Below, piece after piece: positions 15,722 through 23,503 of a DNA stretch of 64,000 bases. This DNA is from Bacteroidales bacterium (GTDB taxonomy: Bacteria > Bacteroidota > Bacteroidia > Bacteroidales > UBA1715). Each line of letters begins with the position of its first letter. Position 1 is the first letter of the stretch. The notes beneath the pieces were generated by a model. It was not told where the DNA came from and made no database searches. It saw nothing but the letters and a program-made list of their open reading frames with translations. The stretch lies in assembly GCA_045599365.1 (NCBI GenBank), contig JAZRVS010000129.1:1684-65683 (forward strand), read 5' to 3'. A program made the translations under genes and the position numbers.

Positions 15722-15915
15722 CAAGAGAAGAATTATTGGAAAAACTAATTGAAAATGAGCGTAAGATTGAAATGATAAAATATGAAAACGGAATGTTGCT
15801 TATTGAAAATTCTGAAATTGTTGATGAATATTTTAAAATAATCCTAAGTGCCAAAATTGAACAAATGAAATCAAATTTAAAAAATGAAAATTATAAAATT
15901 ATAGTTAACGATTGA
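15718..15915 (+). CDS. hypothetical protein
   Basis: ATGA-coupled ORF. Confidence 0.5.
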   Translation: MTREELLEKLIENERKIEMIKYENGMLLIENSEIVDEYFKIILSAKIEQMKSNLKNENYKIIVND

Positions 15916-15925
15916 GGAGTTGAAA

Positions 15926-16120
15926 ATGAATGAAATGAATGATGACATTCCTGAAGATGATGACGTTTTTTCAGGTTTATTTTTATTTGTTGTTTGTATT
16001 GTAGCTGCAGCGTGTGTATTTTCTGCTGGACTCAAGGTCGGAAAAAATGACACGATAAAAGAACTGTGTCGGAAAAACAGTTATGATTTTTGTGAAACAA
16101 AATGTGGAGTTAATCAATGA
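15926..16120 (+). CDS. small single-pass membrane protein
   Basis: GAGGAG RBS. Hydrophobic segment GLFLFVVCIVAAACVFSAGL. Confidence 0.55.
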   Translation: MNEMNDDIPEDDDVFSGLFLFVVCIVAAACVFSAGLKVGKNDTIKELCRKNSYDFCETKCGVNQ

Positions 16121-16800
16121 CAATTAAATTATACAACAAAGATTGTTTGGAAGTGTTAAAAGAAATCTCCGATAAATCAATTGATTTAGTAATCACAGAC
16201 CCTCCGTACAGAACTATCTCTGGTGGACGGAATGACGATTTATCAAGAAGAAAATACAATTCACCAACTGGAATCTTGGCGAAAAATGATGGGAGAATGT
16301 TTCAACACAACGACATTTCGTTTGAAAGTTGGATTCCAGAAATTTACCGAGTTTTAAAAGATAATTCTGATTTCTATTGTATGACAAACGCTTTGAATTT
16401 ATTTAAGTTATATAATGTTTGTATAAACTCTGGATTTAAATTTCATAACTTGCTTGTCTGGGAAAAGAACAACGCAACACCTAACAAGTGGTATATGAAA
16501 AACTGTGAATACGTTTTATATTTTTACAAAGGATTTGCTAAACCGATAAACAACAAAGGAAGCAAAACCGTTCATAAATTTGATAATGTAAAAATCAAAA
16601 ATCACCCGACAGAAAAACCTTGCTCTTTGATGGAATTTTATGTTATAAATTCATCTGAAGAAGGTGCTCTGGTACTTGACCCATTTATGGGAAGTGGAAG
16701 TACTGGGTTAGCTTGCAAAAACACCAATAGAAATTTTATTGGAATTGAGTTAGACGAAATATATTTTAACATAGCAAAAGAAAGGATTGAAAATGAATAG
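16117..16800 (+). CDS. beta-class DNA methyltransferase (N6-adenine/N4-cytosine family, DPPY type)
   Basis: Motif IV VITDPPY is N-terminal and motif I [11 protein letters not shown] is C-terminal, giving the N6_N4_Mtase architecture. Confidence 0.9.
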   Translation: [227 protein letters not shown]

Positions 16801-17071
16801 AGAAAATTGTTTAGAAACAGCAAAAGCTTGTGTTACACAAGACAGACAAAATGATTATGGAAAACCAGAAAACAATTTCCAAAACATCGCTAATTTATGG
16901 AACGCTTATTTTGGAAAAGAGATTGTTAATTCAACTGACGTTTCTATTTTACTTATGCTTTTGAAAGTGGCAAGACTTAAAACAAGTCCTCACAAAGAAG
17001 ATAACTGGGTTGACATTGCAGGTTACGCAGCTTGTGGTTGCGAAATTTCAACTTTAACTATTGACAAGTAA
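16793..17071 (+). CDS. conserved phage protein (DUF6378-like, putative)
   Basis: DRQNDYGKPENNFQNIANLWNAYFG...LLMLLKVARL...EDNWVDIAGYAACG resembles the DRxxxYG..NF..IA.LW phage domain. Called from memory only. Confidence 0.5.
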   Translation: MNRENCLETAKACVTQDRQNDYGKPENNFQNIANLWNAYFGKEIVNSTDVSILLMLLKVARLKTSPHKEDNWVDIAGYAACGCEISTLTIDK

Positions 17072-17089
17072 TTTTTATTGTGATAGATT
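17061..17089 (+). promoter_or_regulatory. sigma70-type promoter
   Basis: TTGACA 17061-17066, 17-nt spacer, TGaTAGATT 17081-17089. It overlaps the stop of ORF 16793. Confidence 0.6.
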
Positions 17090-17094
17090 TGTTA

Positions 17095-17161
17095 TTGGAG
17101 CAGGAAGGCTTTTGTTTTCATAAAATTCTCCCATAAAAATCTCTCATTCTTCCTGCTCCAA
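17095..17161 (+). other. Stem-loop: 13-bp perfect inverted repeat TTGGAGCAGGAAG / CTTCCTGCTCCAA with 41-nt loop
   Basis: Read directly. It starts about 6 nt after the -10 at 17084-17089. Confidence 0.65.
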
Positions 17162-17169
17162 GATGTAAA

Positions 17170-17316
17170 ATGACAAAAGAAGAAAAAGCAAGACGAATTA
17201 TAACAAAGTTACAAATTAGATTGACAGTTGAAAAATGTCGTCCGTCAATGAGATTGATTTGCAGAAAACGTTGGGATAAGATTATGCCAATTCTGTTGAA
17301 GGAAAGACAAAAATAA
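17170..17316 (+). CDS. possible 48-aa basic sORF
   Basis: Hand translation MTKEEKARRIITKLQIRLTVEKCRPSMRLICRKRWDKIMPILLKERQK has 16 K/R in 48 residues. No convincing SD. Confidence 0.3.
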   Translation: MTKEEKARRIITKLQIRLTVEKCRPSMRLICRKRWDKIMPILLKERQK

Positions 17317-17320
17317 TTTC

Positions 17321-17349
17321 TTGACAAGTGTTTCAAAAAATTATATATT
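17321..17349 (+). promoter_or_regulatory. sigma70-type promoter of the polymerase operon
   Basis: TTGACA 17321-17326, 17-nt spacer, TATATT 17344-17349. Confidence 0.6.
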
Positions 17350-17355
17350 ATTTAC

Positions 17356-17450
17356 GATATGGTTTTTCTCAACTTTCTTCCCATATCTTAAGTGAGAGCG
17401 ATTCCCTCCTAAACCAAAATCGCTCTCACACCCACTAAAAAGTTGAGAAA
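17356..17450 (+). ncRNA. structured 5' leader (candidate cis-regulatory RNA)
   Basis: Three inverted-repeat pairs: GATATGG 17356 / CCATATC 17381; TTTCTCAACTTT 17365 / AAAGTTGAGAAA 17439; GTGAGAGCGATT 17392 / AATCGCTCTCAC 17418, whose loop is CCCTCCTAAACCAA. Confidence 0.45.
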
Positions 17451-17469
17451 TAAAGAAAGTGAGAATTAA

Positions 17470-17844
17470 ATGTTTAGCGAAGTAAAATCAAAGTTTGATA
17501 TTGCCGACATAAAACGTAAGGTATATCGGTTATCTCGTTTTCCAGCAGATGTTGGAATTCATAAAGATTGTACTATATGTGAGTTTGATTTAATCGGTGA
17601 TTATGCAATTTCTGTTGTGTTTAGGAACACAGAAGAAAAAGTCATTTCAAAAAGATTTCCTATGACAAAACTAGAAGATTTTTATGCGTTTTCAAGAAGT
17701 GTTGGTGTTACAATACAATTTGAAACGTTTGAAAGTTTTTCAAATGAAATTGAGAAAGCAAAAGAAATTTTAAAATTATTTGTTTTTGATGTTTATTGTG
17801 TTGATTGGGATATGATGGTTTTATCAAGGAGGATTAAATGCTAG
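17470..17844 (+). CDS. hypothetical protein
   Basis: First ORF after the leader. It overlaps the polymerase start. Confidence 0.55.
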   Translation: MFSEVKSKFDIADIKRKVYRLSRFPADVGIHKDCTICEFDLIGDYAISVVFRNTEEKVISKRFPMTKLEDFYAFSRSVGVTIQFETFESFSNEIEKAKEILKLFVFDVYCVDWDMMVLSRRIKC

Positions 17845-19598
17845 TATATGACTTTGAAGTATTTAAAGAAGATTGGTTAGTTGTTATTGCAGATTTAGAA
17901 AAAGAAGAAGTGACAACAATAACTAATGACGCTGACAAATTAAGAGCGTTTTATGAATTACATAAACACGATATTTGGATTGGTTTTAATTCAAGAAGTT
18001 ACGACTCGTTTATTTTAAAAGGAATTCTTTGTGGTTACAATCCGTTCAAGATTTCTCAATTCATTATTGAAGACGGAAGAAAAGGCTTTGAGTTTTCAAA
18101 GGAATTCAATCAAATAAAATTTTTAAATTATGATTGTATGACAGGGTTCTTTGGATTAAAAACTTTGGAAGCGTTTATGGGAGATATGATTAAAGAGAGT
18201 GACGTTTCGTTCTTAATTGACAGAAAATTAACTGAAGAAGAACTTGAACAAACAAAGTTTTATTGTGAACACGATGTCAGAGAAACGATTAAAGTTTTTG
18301 CCAACAGGAAAGCAGATTTTGACGCATATCTTTCTATTTTGGAAAAGTTTGATTTACCGATTGAAAATATCAGCAAAACAAAAGCACAATTATCGGCTAT
18401 TGTTTTGGGAGCTAAACGACGTGAGTGTGAAGACGAGTGGGACATTCGCTTACCAGAAACACTTAAAATTGAAAAATACACACACGTTTGCGATTGGTTT
18501 TTGAACGAAGAAAATCACAACGATAACGCAAAGTTGGAAACAGAAATTGATGGCTGTCCACACGTAGTCGCTTGGGGTGGATTACACGGTGCTTTAAATA
18601 GATTTTCTTATAAATGTGAAGATGATGAAGTGCTTGTTATGGCTGACGTTGACCAGCTTTATCCGACAATTATGATTAAATATAATTTGTTGTCACGTGC
18701 AATTACAAAGAAAGATTTGTTTCCGAAAATTTTAGCAATCAGTTTGGAATTGAAAGCAAAAGGTTTGAAAGCACAACGTCTTCCTTATAAAGAAATTTGT
18801 AATATCACTTACGGAGCTATGGGTGACAAGTACAATCCGATGTATGACCCACGAAATAAGAAACTTGTTTGTGTATTTGGTCAGTTGTTGATGATTGACT
18901 TGATTGAGAAAATTGAAGATTTCACGCAGTTAATTCAATCAAACACAGATGGTATTTTAATCAAAGTGAAGAAAGCTGATTTGCCGAGATTGAACGAAGA
19001 AATTGAAAAATGGCAAGATAGGGTAATGCTTCACATGAGTAGTGACGACTATTTGAAAGTTATTCAAAGAGATGTCAATAACTACATTGTCGTTCCGTTT
19101 GGTGAATTGTACGATAAAAAAGGAAAGCCTCGTTGGAAAGCAAAAGGGGCAGTTGTAAAACAGTTGTCAAAATTGGACTATGATTTGCCGATTGTCAACG
19201 AAGCTGTTAAAATGTGGTTTTTAAAAGGAATTCCACCTGAAAAAACGGTGTGGGATTGTGACGAACTGATTAAATTTCAAAACATTTTTAAATTAAGTTC
19301 GGCATATAAAGAAGCACGTATTGGTTGTTCTTTTAGAAAAGAGAAATCAAAAAACGTGTGGAACGAAGACGGAGAAATTTTGAAAGATAAAACTTTTCGG
19401 GTATTTGCTTCGTTAGGAGAAACAGGTGCTTTGTACAAGAAAAAGGACAACAAAAATCCAGAGAAATTTGCTAATTGTCCAGACAACTGTTTCATTGAAA
19501 ACGAATCCATAGTTGGAAAGTCTTGTTCTGAATATCCGTTGTTAGATAAAAATTGGTATGTTGAATTGGCGAATGATAGAATTAGGAAATTTGTGTAA
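17838..19598 (+). CDS. DNA polymerase, family-B-like, with 3'-5' exonuclease domain
   Basis: ExoI VYDFEV, ExoII GFNSRSYDSFIL, ExoIII YCEHDVRET. Motif A DVDQLYPTIM, motif B-like KEICNITYGAMG, motif C-like QSNTDGILI. AAGGAGG RBS. Confidence 0.85.
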   Translation: MLVYDFEVFKEDWLVVIADLEKEEVTTITNDADKLRAFYELHKHDIWIGFNSRSYDSFILKGILCGYNPFKISQFIIEDGRKGFEFSKEFNQIKFLNYDCMTGFFGLKTLEAFMGDMIKESDVSFLIDRKLTEEELEQTKFYCEHDVRETIKVFANRKADFDAYLSILEKFDLPIENISKTKAQLSAIVLGAKRRECEDEWDIRLPETLKIEKYTHVCDWFLNEENHNDNAKLETEIDGCPHVVAWGGLHGALNRFSYKCEDDEVLVMADVDQLYPTIMIKYNLLSRAITKKDLFPKILAISLELKAKGLKAQRLPYKEICNITYGAMGDKYNPMYDPRNKKLVCVFGQLLMIDLIEKIEDFTQLIQSNTDGILIKVKKADLPRLNEEIEKWQDRVMLHMSSDDYLKVIQRDVNNYIVVPFGELYDKKGKPRWKAKGAVVKQLSKLDYDLPIVNEAVKMWFLKGIPPEKTVWDCDELIKFQNIFKLSSAYKEARIGCSFRKEKSKNVWNEDGEILKDKTFRVFASLGETGALYKKKDNKNPEKFANCPDNCFIENESIVGKSCSEYPLLDKNWYVELANDRIRKFV

Positions 19599-20020
19599 TG
19601 GATAAATACGAAAAAGCAGTTTATAATTATTTTAACGAGAAATCTAAATCAAGCGTTTGTTTCAGATTTCAAGATGCATTAGACGCAAGCAAAGCTTCTG
19701 GAGTTATCGGAAAGGGACGCTTGGCGTTTATGAAAAAGAATCCAAGTGATTTGCTTGTTTGTGACAATGGAGATATGTTTTTTGCAGAGGTGAAACACAC
19801 ATCTGGAATTAAGGGAGTTACAAACTCATTGTTTGAAGAACAACGAGTCGCACGAGATAGAGTATTACAATCGAGTGGTAAATATTTTTATTTTATTTAT
19901 TCAACGAACATAAATATGTGGTACAAAGTTCCAGGTGCTTTTATCAGAGATAATCCAAATGCAAAATGGAAAGAATTGGGACAATTTTTAATTGATTATA
20001 TTCCAGCAGTTTATTTATAG
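19598..20020 (+). CDS. PD-(D/E)xK nuclease, RecU/Holliday-junction-resolvase-like
   Basis: DLLVCDNGDMFFAEVKHTSG gives a D...E-x-K core, followed by EEQRVARDRVLQSSGKYFYFIY, as in RecU/PrfA. Confidence 0.6.
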   Translation: MDKYEKAVYNYFNEKSKSSVCFRFQDALDASKASGVIGKGRLAFMKKNPSDLLVCDNGDMFFAEVKHTSGIKGVTNSLFEEQRVARDRVLQSSGKYFYFIYSTNINMWYKVPGAFIRDNPNAKWKELGQFLIDYIPAVYL

Positions 20021-20029
20021 GAGTTTAAA

Positions 20030-20275
20030 ATGAAGTTTATTTTATTTTCGGCAAGTTGGTGTTGCAAGTGTCAATCATTGAAAAGAGAATTAGAAAAACA
20101 TAGCGATATGAAAATAACAAAGTATGATGTTGACGAATGTTCAAACGAAATGCTTGACAAGTACGATGTAAATGAGTTACCATTGTTAATAGCAATTAAA
20201 AACGATAAAGAAGTTGCTCGCTATGATGAACGTGGTGGGAACTTGGACAGTTGGCTAAAGTTTATTGAGTGGTAG
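20030..20275 (+). CDS. thioredoxin-fold protein
   Basis: N-terminal beta-strand then SASWCCKCQ (WCxxC active-site position). 81 aa. Confidence 0.75.
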   Translation: MKFILFSASWCCKCQSLKRELEKHSDMKITKYDVDECSNEMLDKYDVNELPLLIAIKNDKEVARYDERGGNLDSWLKFIEW

Positions 20276-20283
20276 GAGTACAA

Positions 20284-20505
20284 ATGGAATTAAAAGAACA
20301 AATGCTTAAAATCTGTGCAACAGCAGGATTTGAGCCAACTGACAACATTGATAGAATTGTCAGATTAAAAGAACGATTTGGAATTGGGTTACGTTGTCCT
20401 TGTGATAAAGATAATCCAGCACGTTTTTGCATTAGCGAACAATGTGCAAACGATATAAAAAACGACGGTAGATGTCATTGTGGTTGCTACCGTAAAAAGA
20501 GTTAG
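20284..20505 (+). CDS. ferredoxin:thioredoxin reductase catalytic-subunit-like Cys-cluster protein
   Basis: CPCDKDNPARFCISEQCANDIKNDGRCHCGCY has the CPC...C..C...CHC pattern of FTR beta chain. AGGAG RBS before ATG 20284. Confidence 0.6.
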   Translation: MELKEQMLKICATAGFEPTDNIDRIVRLKERFGIGLRCPCDKDNPARFCISEQCANDIKNDGRCHCGCYRKKS

Positions 20506-20637
20506 GAAGGCAAATCCCCCAAATGGCTAGTCGGTGGGTCGTAAGATACAATGCTCAAGGTCTTGTCTTCCTTTGCTTATGCATATTTGCCTTAATTGTA
20601 TCAACACCGACATTTTAAAAGAAAGGAATTTAATGTT

Positions 20638-20820
20638 ATGAAAATGATAGCTATTAAAAAAGGAAACAAAACAACGTATAAGTTTGTGCCAGACGATTAT
20701 GTTGAAGAAGAAGGGGAAACAAAAGACATTCCACAACGTGATTTGACGACAACTGATTGCAACCAGTTGTATTTTGAAATGTCAAAAGAAGATTTTGAGA
20801 AAATATTTAGGAGCATTTAA
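20638..20820 (+). CDS. hypothetical small protein
   Basis: Track ORF 20596 trimmed to ATG 20638 (MKMIAIKKGN...) after AAAGGAA. TAATG-coupled to the SbcD-like gene. Confidence 0.5.
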   Translation: MKMIAIKKGNKTTYKFVPDDYVEEEGETKDIPQRDLTTTDCNQLYFEMSKEDFEKIFRSI

Positions 20821-21710
20821 TGTTAGAAAAAGTAAAGTTGATTGGGGACACGCACTTCGGAAAGGTTTTTAAAACAGGAGTGCCTTACGAAAGACGTGGC
20901 GAAATTGAAGAAAAGTTTTATGAGAAATTTGAAAAAGAGTTAAACGGTTCAGAGGAGTATGTAATTCATCTCGGAGATTTGTTTGACAACGTTGTTGTTT
21001 CTTTTGGAACTATTTTGCGAGTTTATAATCTGATTAAAAATGCAAGTAATTCAAATAAAAGATTTTATTTCATTCGTGGAAATCACGATTCGCAAAGAAA
21101 TAGTTTAGAAACGTCAGCTTTTGATATTTTGTCGGTAATGTTTTTGAACAATTTAAATGTGAATTTTGTTACAGATTATTTTTATATTTCAGATATAAAA
21201 TCACTTCTTATTGGCTGGGATTATCACAACGACAATTCGGAAAAAATTGAAGAAATAATTAAAGAAGAAAAACCAGATTTTGTTTTAGGTCACTTTGACG
21301 AAGTTTTGCCAGATTATTTATTTTCTTATACTGGAAAAGTTTATTCTGGACACATTCATAACGCACACAAATCTGGAAATACAACTTATGTTGGCAGTTT
21401 GTTGCCACTTGCTTTCGGGGAAGAAAGTGACGATTCGCTTATGATGACACTCACGTTAGACGAATTTCTTTCAAAGAGAGAAGATGAAATCAAAGACAAA
21501 CGAATTCGTGTTGTGTTAAAAGAAGGTGAAACTTTGCAAAACGTGAGAAATTGTTTGCAACTCGTTTTACAAAACGTGAAAAAAGAAGAAAATGTAAAAT
21601 TAGATGTTGAAATGGATTCTTTTGATATGCGACAACTTTTCAAAGAAGAATTGCCAGAAGAAATTTTTGAAGAAATGTATAACGAATATGTGGGGTTACT
21701 GGAATGCTAA
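20820..21710 (+). CDS. SbcD/Mre11-like nuclease (calcineurin-like phosphoesterase)
   Basis: Motifs IGDTHFG, HLGDLFD, IRGNHD, GHFD and GHIH in canonical order. Confidence 0.9.
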   Translation: MLEKVKLIGDTHFGKVFKTGVPYERRGEIEEKFYEKFEKELNGSEEYVIHLGDLFDNVVVSFGTILRVYNLIKNASNSNKRFYFIRGNHDSQRNSLETSAFDILSVMFLNNLNVNFVTDYFYISDIKSLLIGWDYHNDNSEKIEEIIKEEKPDFVLGHFDEVLPDYLFSYTGKVYSGHIHNAHKSGNTTYVGSLLPLAFGEESDDSLMMTLTLDEFLSKREDEIKDKRIRVVLKEGETLQNVRNCLQLVLQNVKKEENVKLDVEMDSFDMRQLFKEELPEEIFEEMYNEYVGLLEC

Positions 21711-23503
21711 ATAAATTATCAGTTACAAACGGAGTTAAGGGGAATCTGGATTTAGATTTTCATAAAGGTGTGACAATCATTCAAGGTGAAAACGGCAAAG
21801 GCAAATCATTAGTTCAAGAATACATTAGATTTGCTTTGTTTGGAACAAGTGCTTTACGTGGAAAAGCAAGTGAATATCCAAAACAAATGTCTGTCACATT
21901 GACTTTTACAATAAATGACAATGAACATATCATTAAACGAACATTAAATGATTGTTATTTTGACAACACCGTTGTTGGAACGACAGCTTGTAACAAAGCA
22001 ATTGTTAAATTACTTGGCTATGATTTATCAATTTTTGATATGGGAAATTGTGCTAAACAATTTGAAATTACAAAATTAGGTGAAATGAAACCGACAGAAA
22101 GAAAGCAGGCAGTTGATAAGTTAATTGGCATTGATTGTATTGAAAAACTTGAAAAGAAAGTAAAAGAAAAATTGCAAGCTGTTAACGGAGCTTTGTCAGT
22201 TATCCCTGATATTTTGAGAGAACCACAATTTCCAGAATTAGGATATGTTCCAGAATTAGATATGGAACGAGAATTACGCTTAATCACACAACAAGAAATG
22301 ATGATTTCAGAAATCAATAAAATGAAATCACAGGGTGTTGAAAAATGTGACGAGCCGATTAAACCGAACGGCACTTACGAAAAAGCAGTCCTAAAGAAAA
22401 GTTTATATGACGAATTGAAAAATATCGTTGTTGAAGAAATTTCTGATGAATATAATTCTGCCGAAAAAATTTACGATTTAATTAGCAAACGTCAAGCGTG
22501 GGATAACTTCGGAGAAATCCCAGAAGAGCCTTCAATGACATTAGAAGAAATCTCACAAGAAGAAAAGAAATGGTCAGATTGGAACGCTTGGCAAAATTCA
22601 AAGAAAGCAACTTGTCCCGATTGTGGAAAAGTGTTTTCATTGACAGGTGTTGAAGAATGTGAAAAACCGACTTATGATTTGTCTTATTTGAGAAATCAAA
22701 AAGAGTTAATTCAAAAGTTAGAAAGAATGCCGAAGTTTGAAAAGCCATACGAAACTGTTTCTGAATTAAACAAAAAGCTTTCTGATTTAACAAAGTTTTT
22801 GAATTACAAATCAAAAAAAGAAGAATTAGAAAAACTTGAAGATGAAACTTCGGTTGAAAATTGGGACACATACAACTCTGATTTAATTAAATATAAGAAA
22901 TACTTGGAATTAGAAAATCTTGTAAATGTTTTATTGAATAGCGAACACCCTGCGTTAAACCGAAATCTTTATAATAAATATCAGCAAACGATTTTGGAAA
23001 ATAAAGTAAAACAAGAAAATTATGAAAGAGAATTGTCCGACTACAAAACAAAAATTAAAATAAAAGAAACTTATGAAAAACAGAAAAAGTTATACACAGA
23101 AACTTTGGAAGGGCTTAAACGAATTAAATTACGTGTAAAATCAACGATAACGCCGAGTTTATCACGAGTCGCAAGTGAAATTTCTTCTGATATGACAGAC
23201 GGAGTTGTGTCAAAAGTTGAAATTAGCGAAAGTTTTGAAATAACAGTTAATGGAAAATCAATCGGTTTGCTATCTGGAAGTGAAAAAGCAGTTGCTAATT
23301 TGGCGATTCGTTTAGCATTGGGTCGCATTTTGACACACAAAGTTTTAAACATTTTCATTGGTGACGAAATTGACGCAAGTATGGACGACGAAAGAGCGTT
23401 GCTTGTTTCAAAATCATTACACAAACTTGCTTCACAAATTGACCAAGTTATCTTGATTTCGCATAAAAAAGTTGAAGGCGATTACATTATAACAATTCGT
23501 TAG
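21704..23503 (+). CDS. SbcC/Rad50-like ATPase
   Basis: Walker A GENGKGKS, central CPDCGK zinc-hook-like CxxC within coiled coil, signature LSGSEK, Walker B IFIGDEIDASMD. Confidence 0.9.
   Translation: MLNKLSVTNGVKGNLDLDFHKGVTIIQGENGKGKSLVQEYIRFALFGTSALRGKASEYPKQMSVTLTFTINDNEHIIKRTLNDCYFDNTVVGTTACNKAIVKLLGYDLSIFDMGNCAKQFEITKLGEMKPTERKQAVDKLIGIDCIEKLEKKVKEKLQAVNGALSVIPDILREPQFPELGYVPELDMERELRLITQQEMMISEINKMKSQGVEKCDEPIKPNGTYEKAVLKKSLYDELKNIVVEEISDEYNSAEKIYDLISKRQAWDNFGEIPEEPSMTLEEISQEEKKWSDWNAWQNSKKATCPDCGKVFSLTGVEECEKPTYDLSYLRNQKELIQKLERMPKFEKPYETVSELNKKLSDLTKFLNYKSKKEELEKLEDETSVENWDTYNSDLIKYKKYLELENLVNVLLNSEHPALNRNLYNKYQQTILENKVKQENYERELSDYKTKIKIKETYEKQKKLYTETLEGLKRIKLRVKSTITPSLSRVASEISSDMTDGVVSKVEISESFEITVNGKSIGLLSGSEKAVANLAIRLALGRILTHKVLNIFIGDEIDASMDDERALLVSKSLHKLASQIDQVILISHKKVEGDYIITIR

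Noticed and set aside
17118-17336. 72-aa minus-strand ORF in the 17-kb non-coding island.
   Set aside because: It has no RBS and spans both + strand promoters and the 13-bp inverted-repeat arm. Its composition looks random. The + strand sORF and RNA-structure interpretation fits the surrounding signals better.
20505-20571. Possible tRNA: GGAAGGC (20505-20511) can pair with GTCTTCC (20565-20571) like a 7-bp acceptor stem.
   Set aside because: The element is only about 67 nt. I could not build a D-arm, and the would-be T-arm lacks a GTTCRANYC-like loop and stem complementarity on either strand. It is treated as an unexplained GC-rich patch instead.
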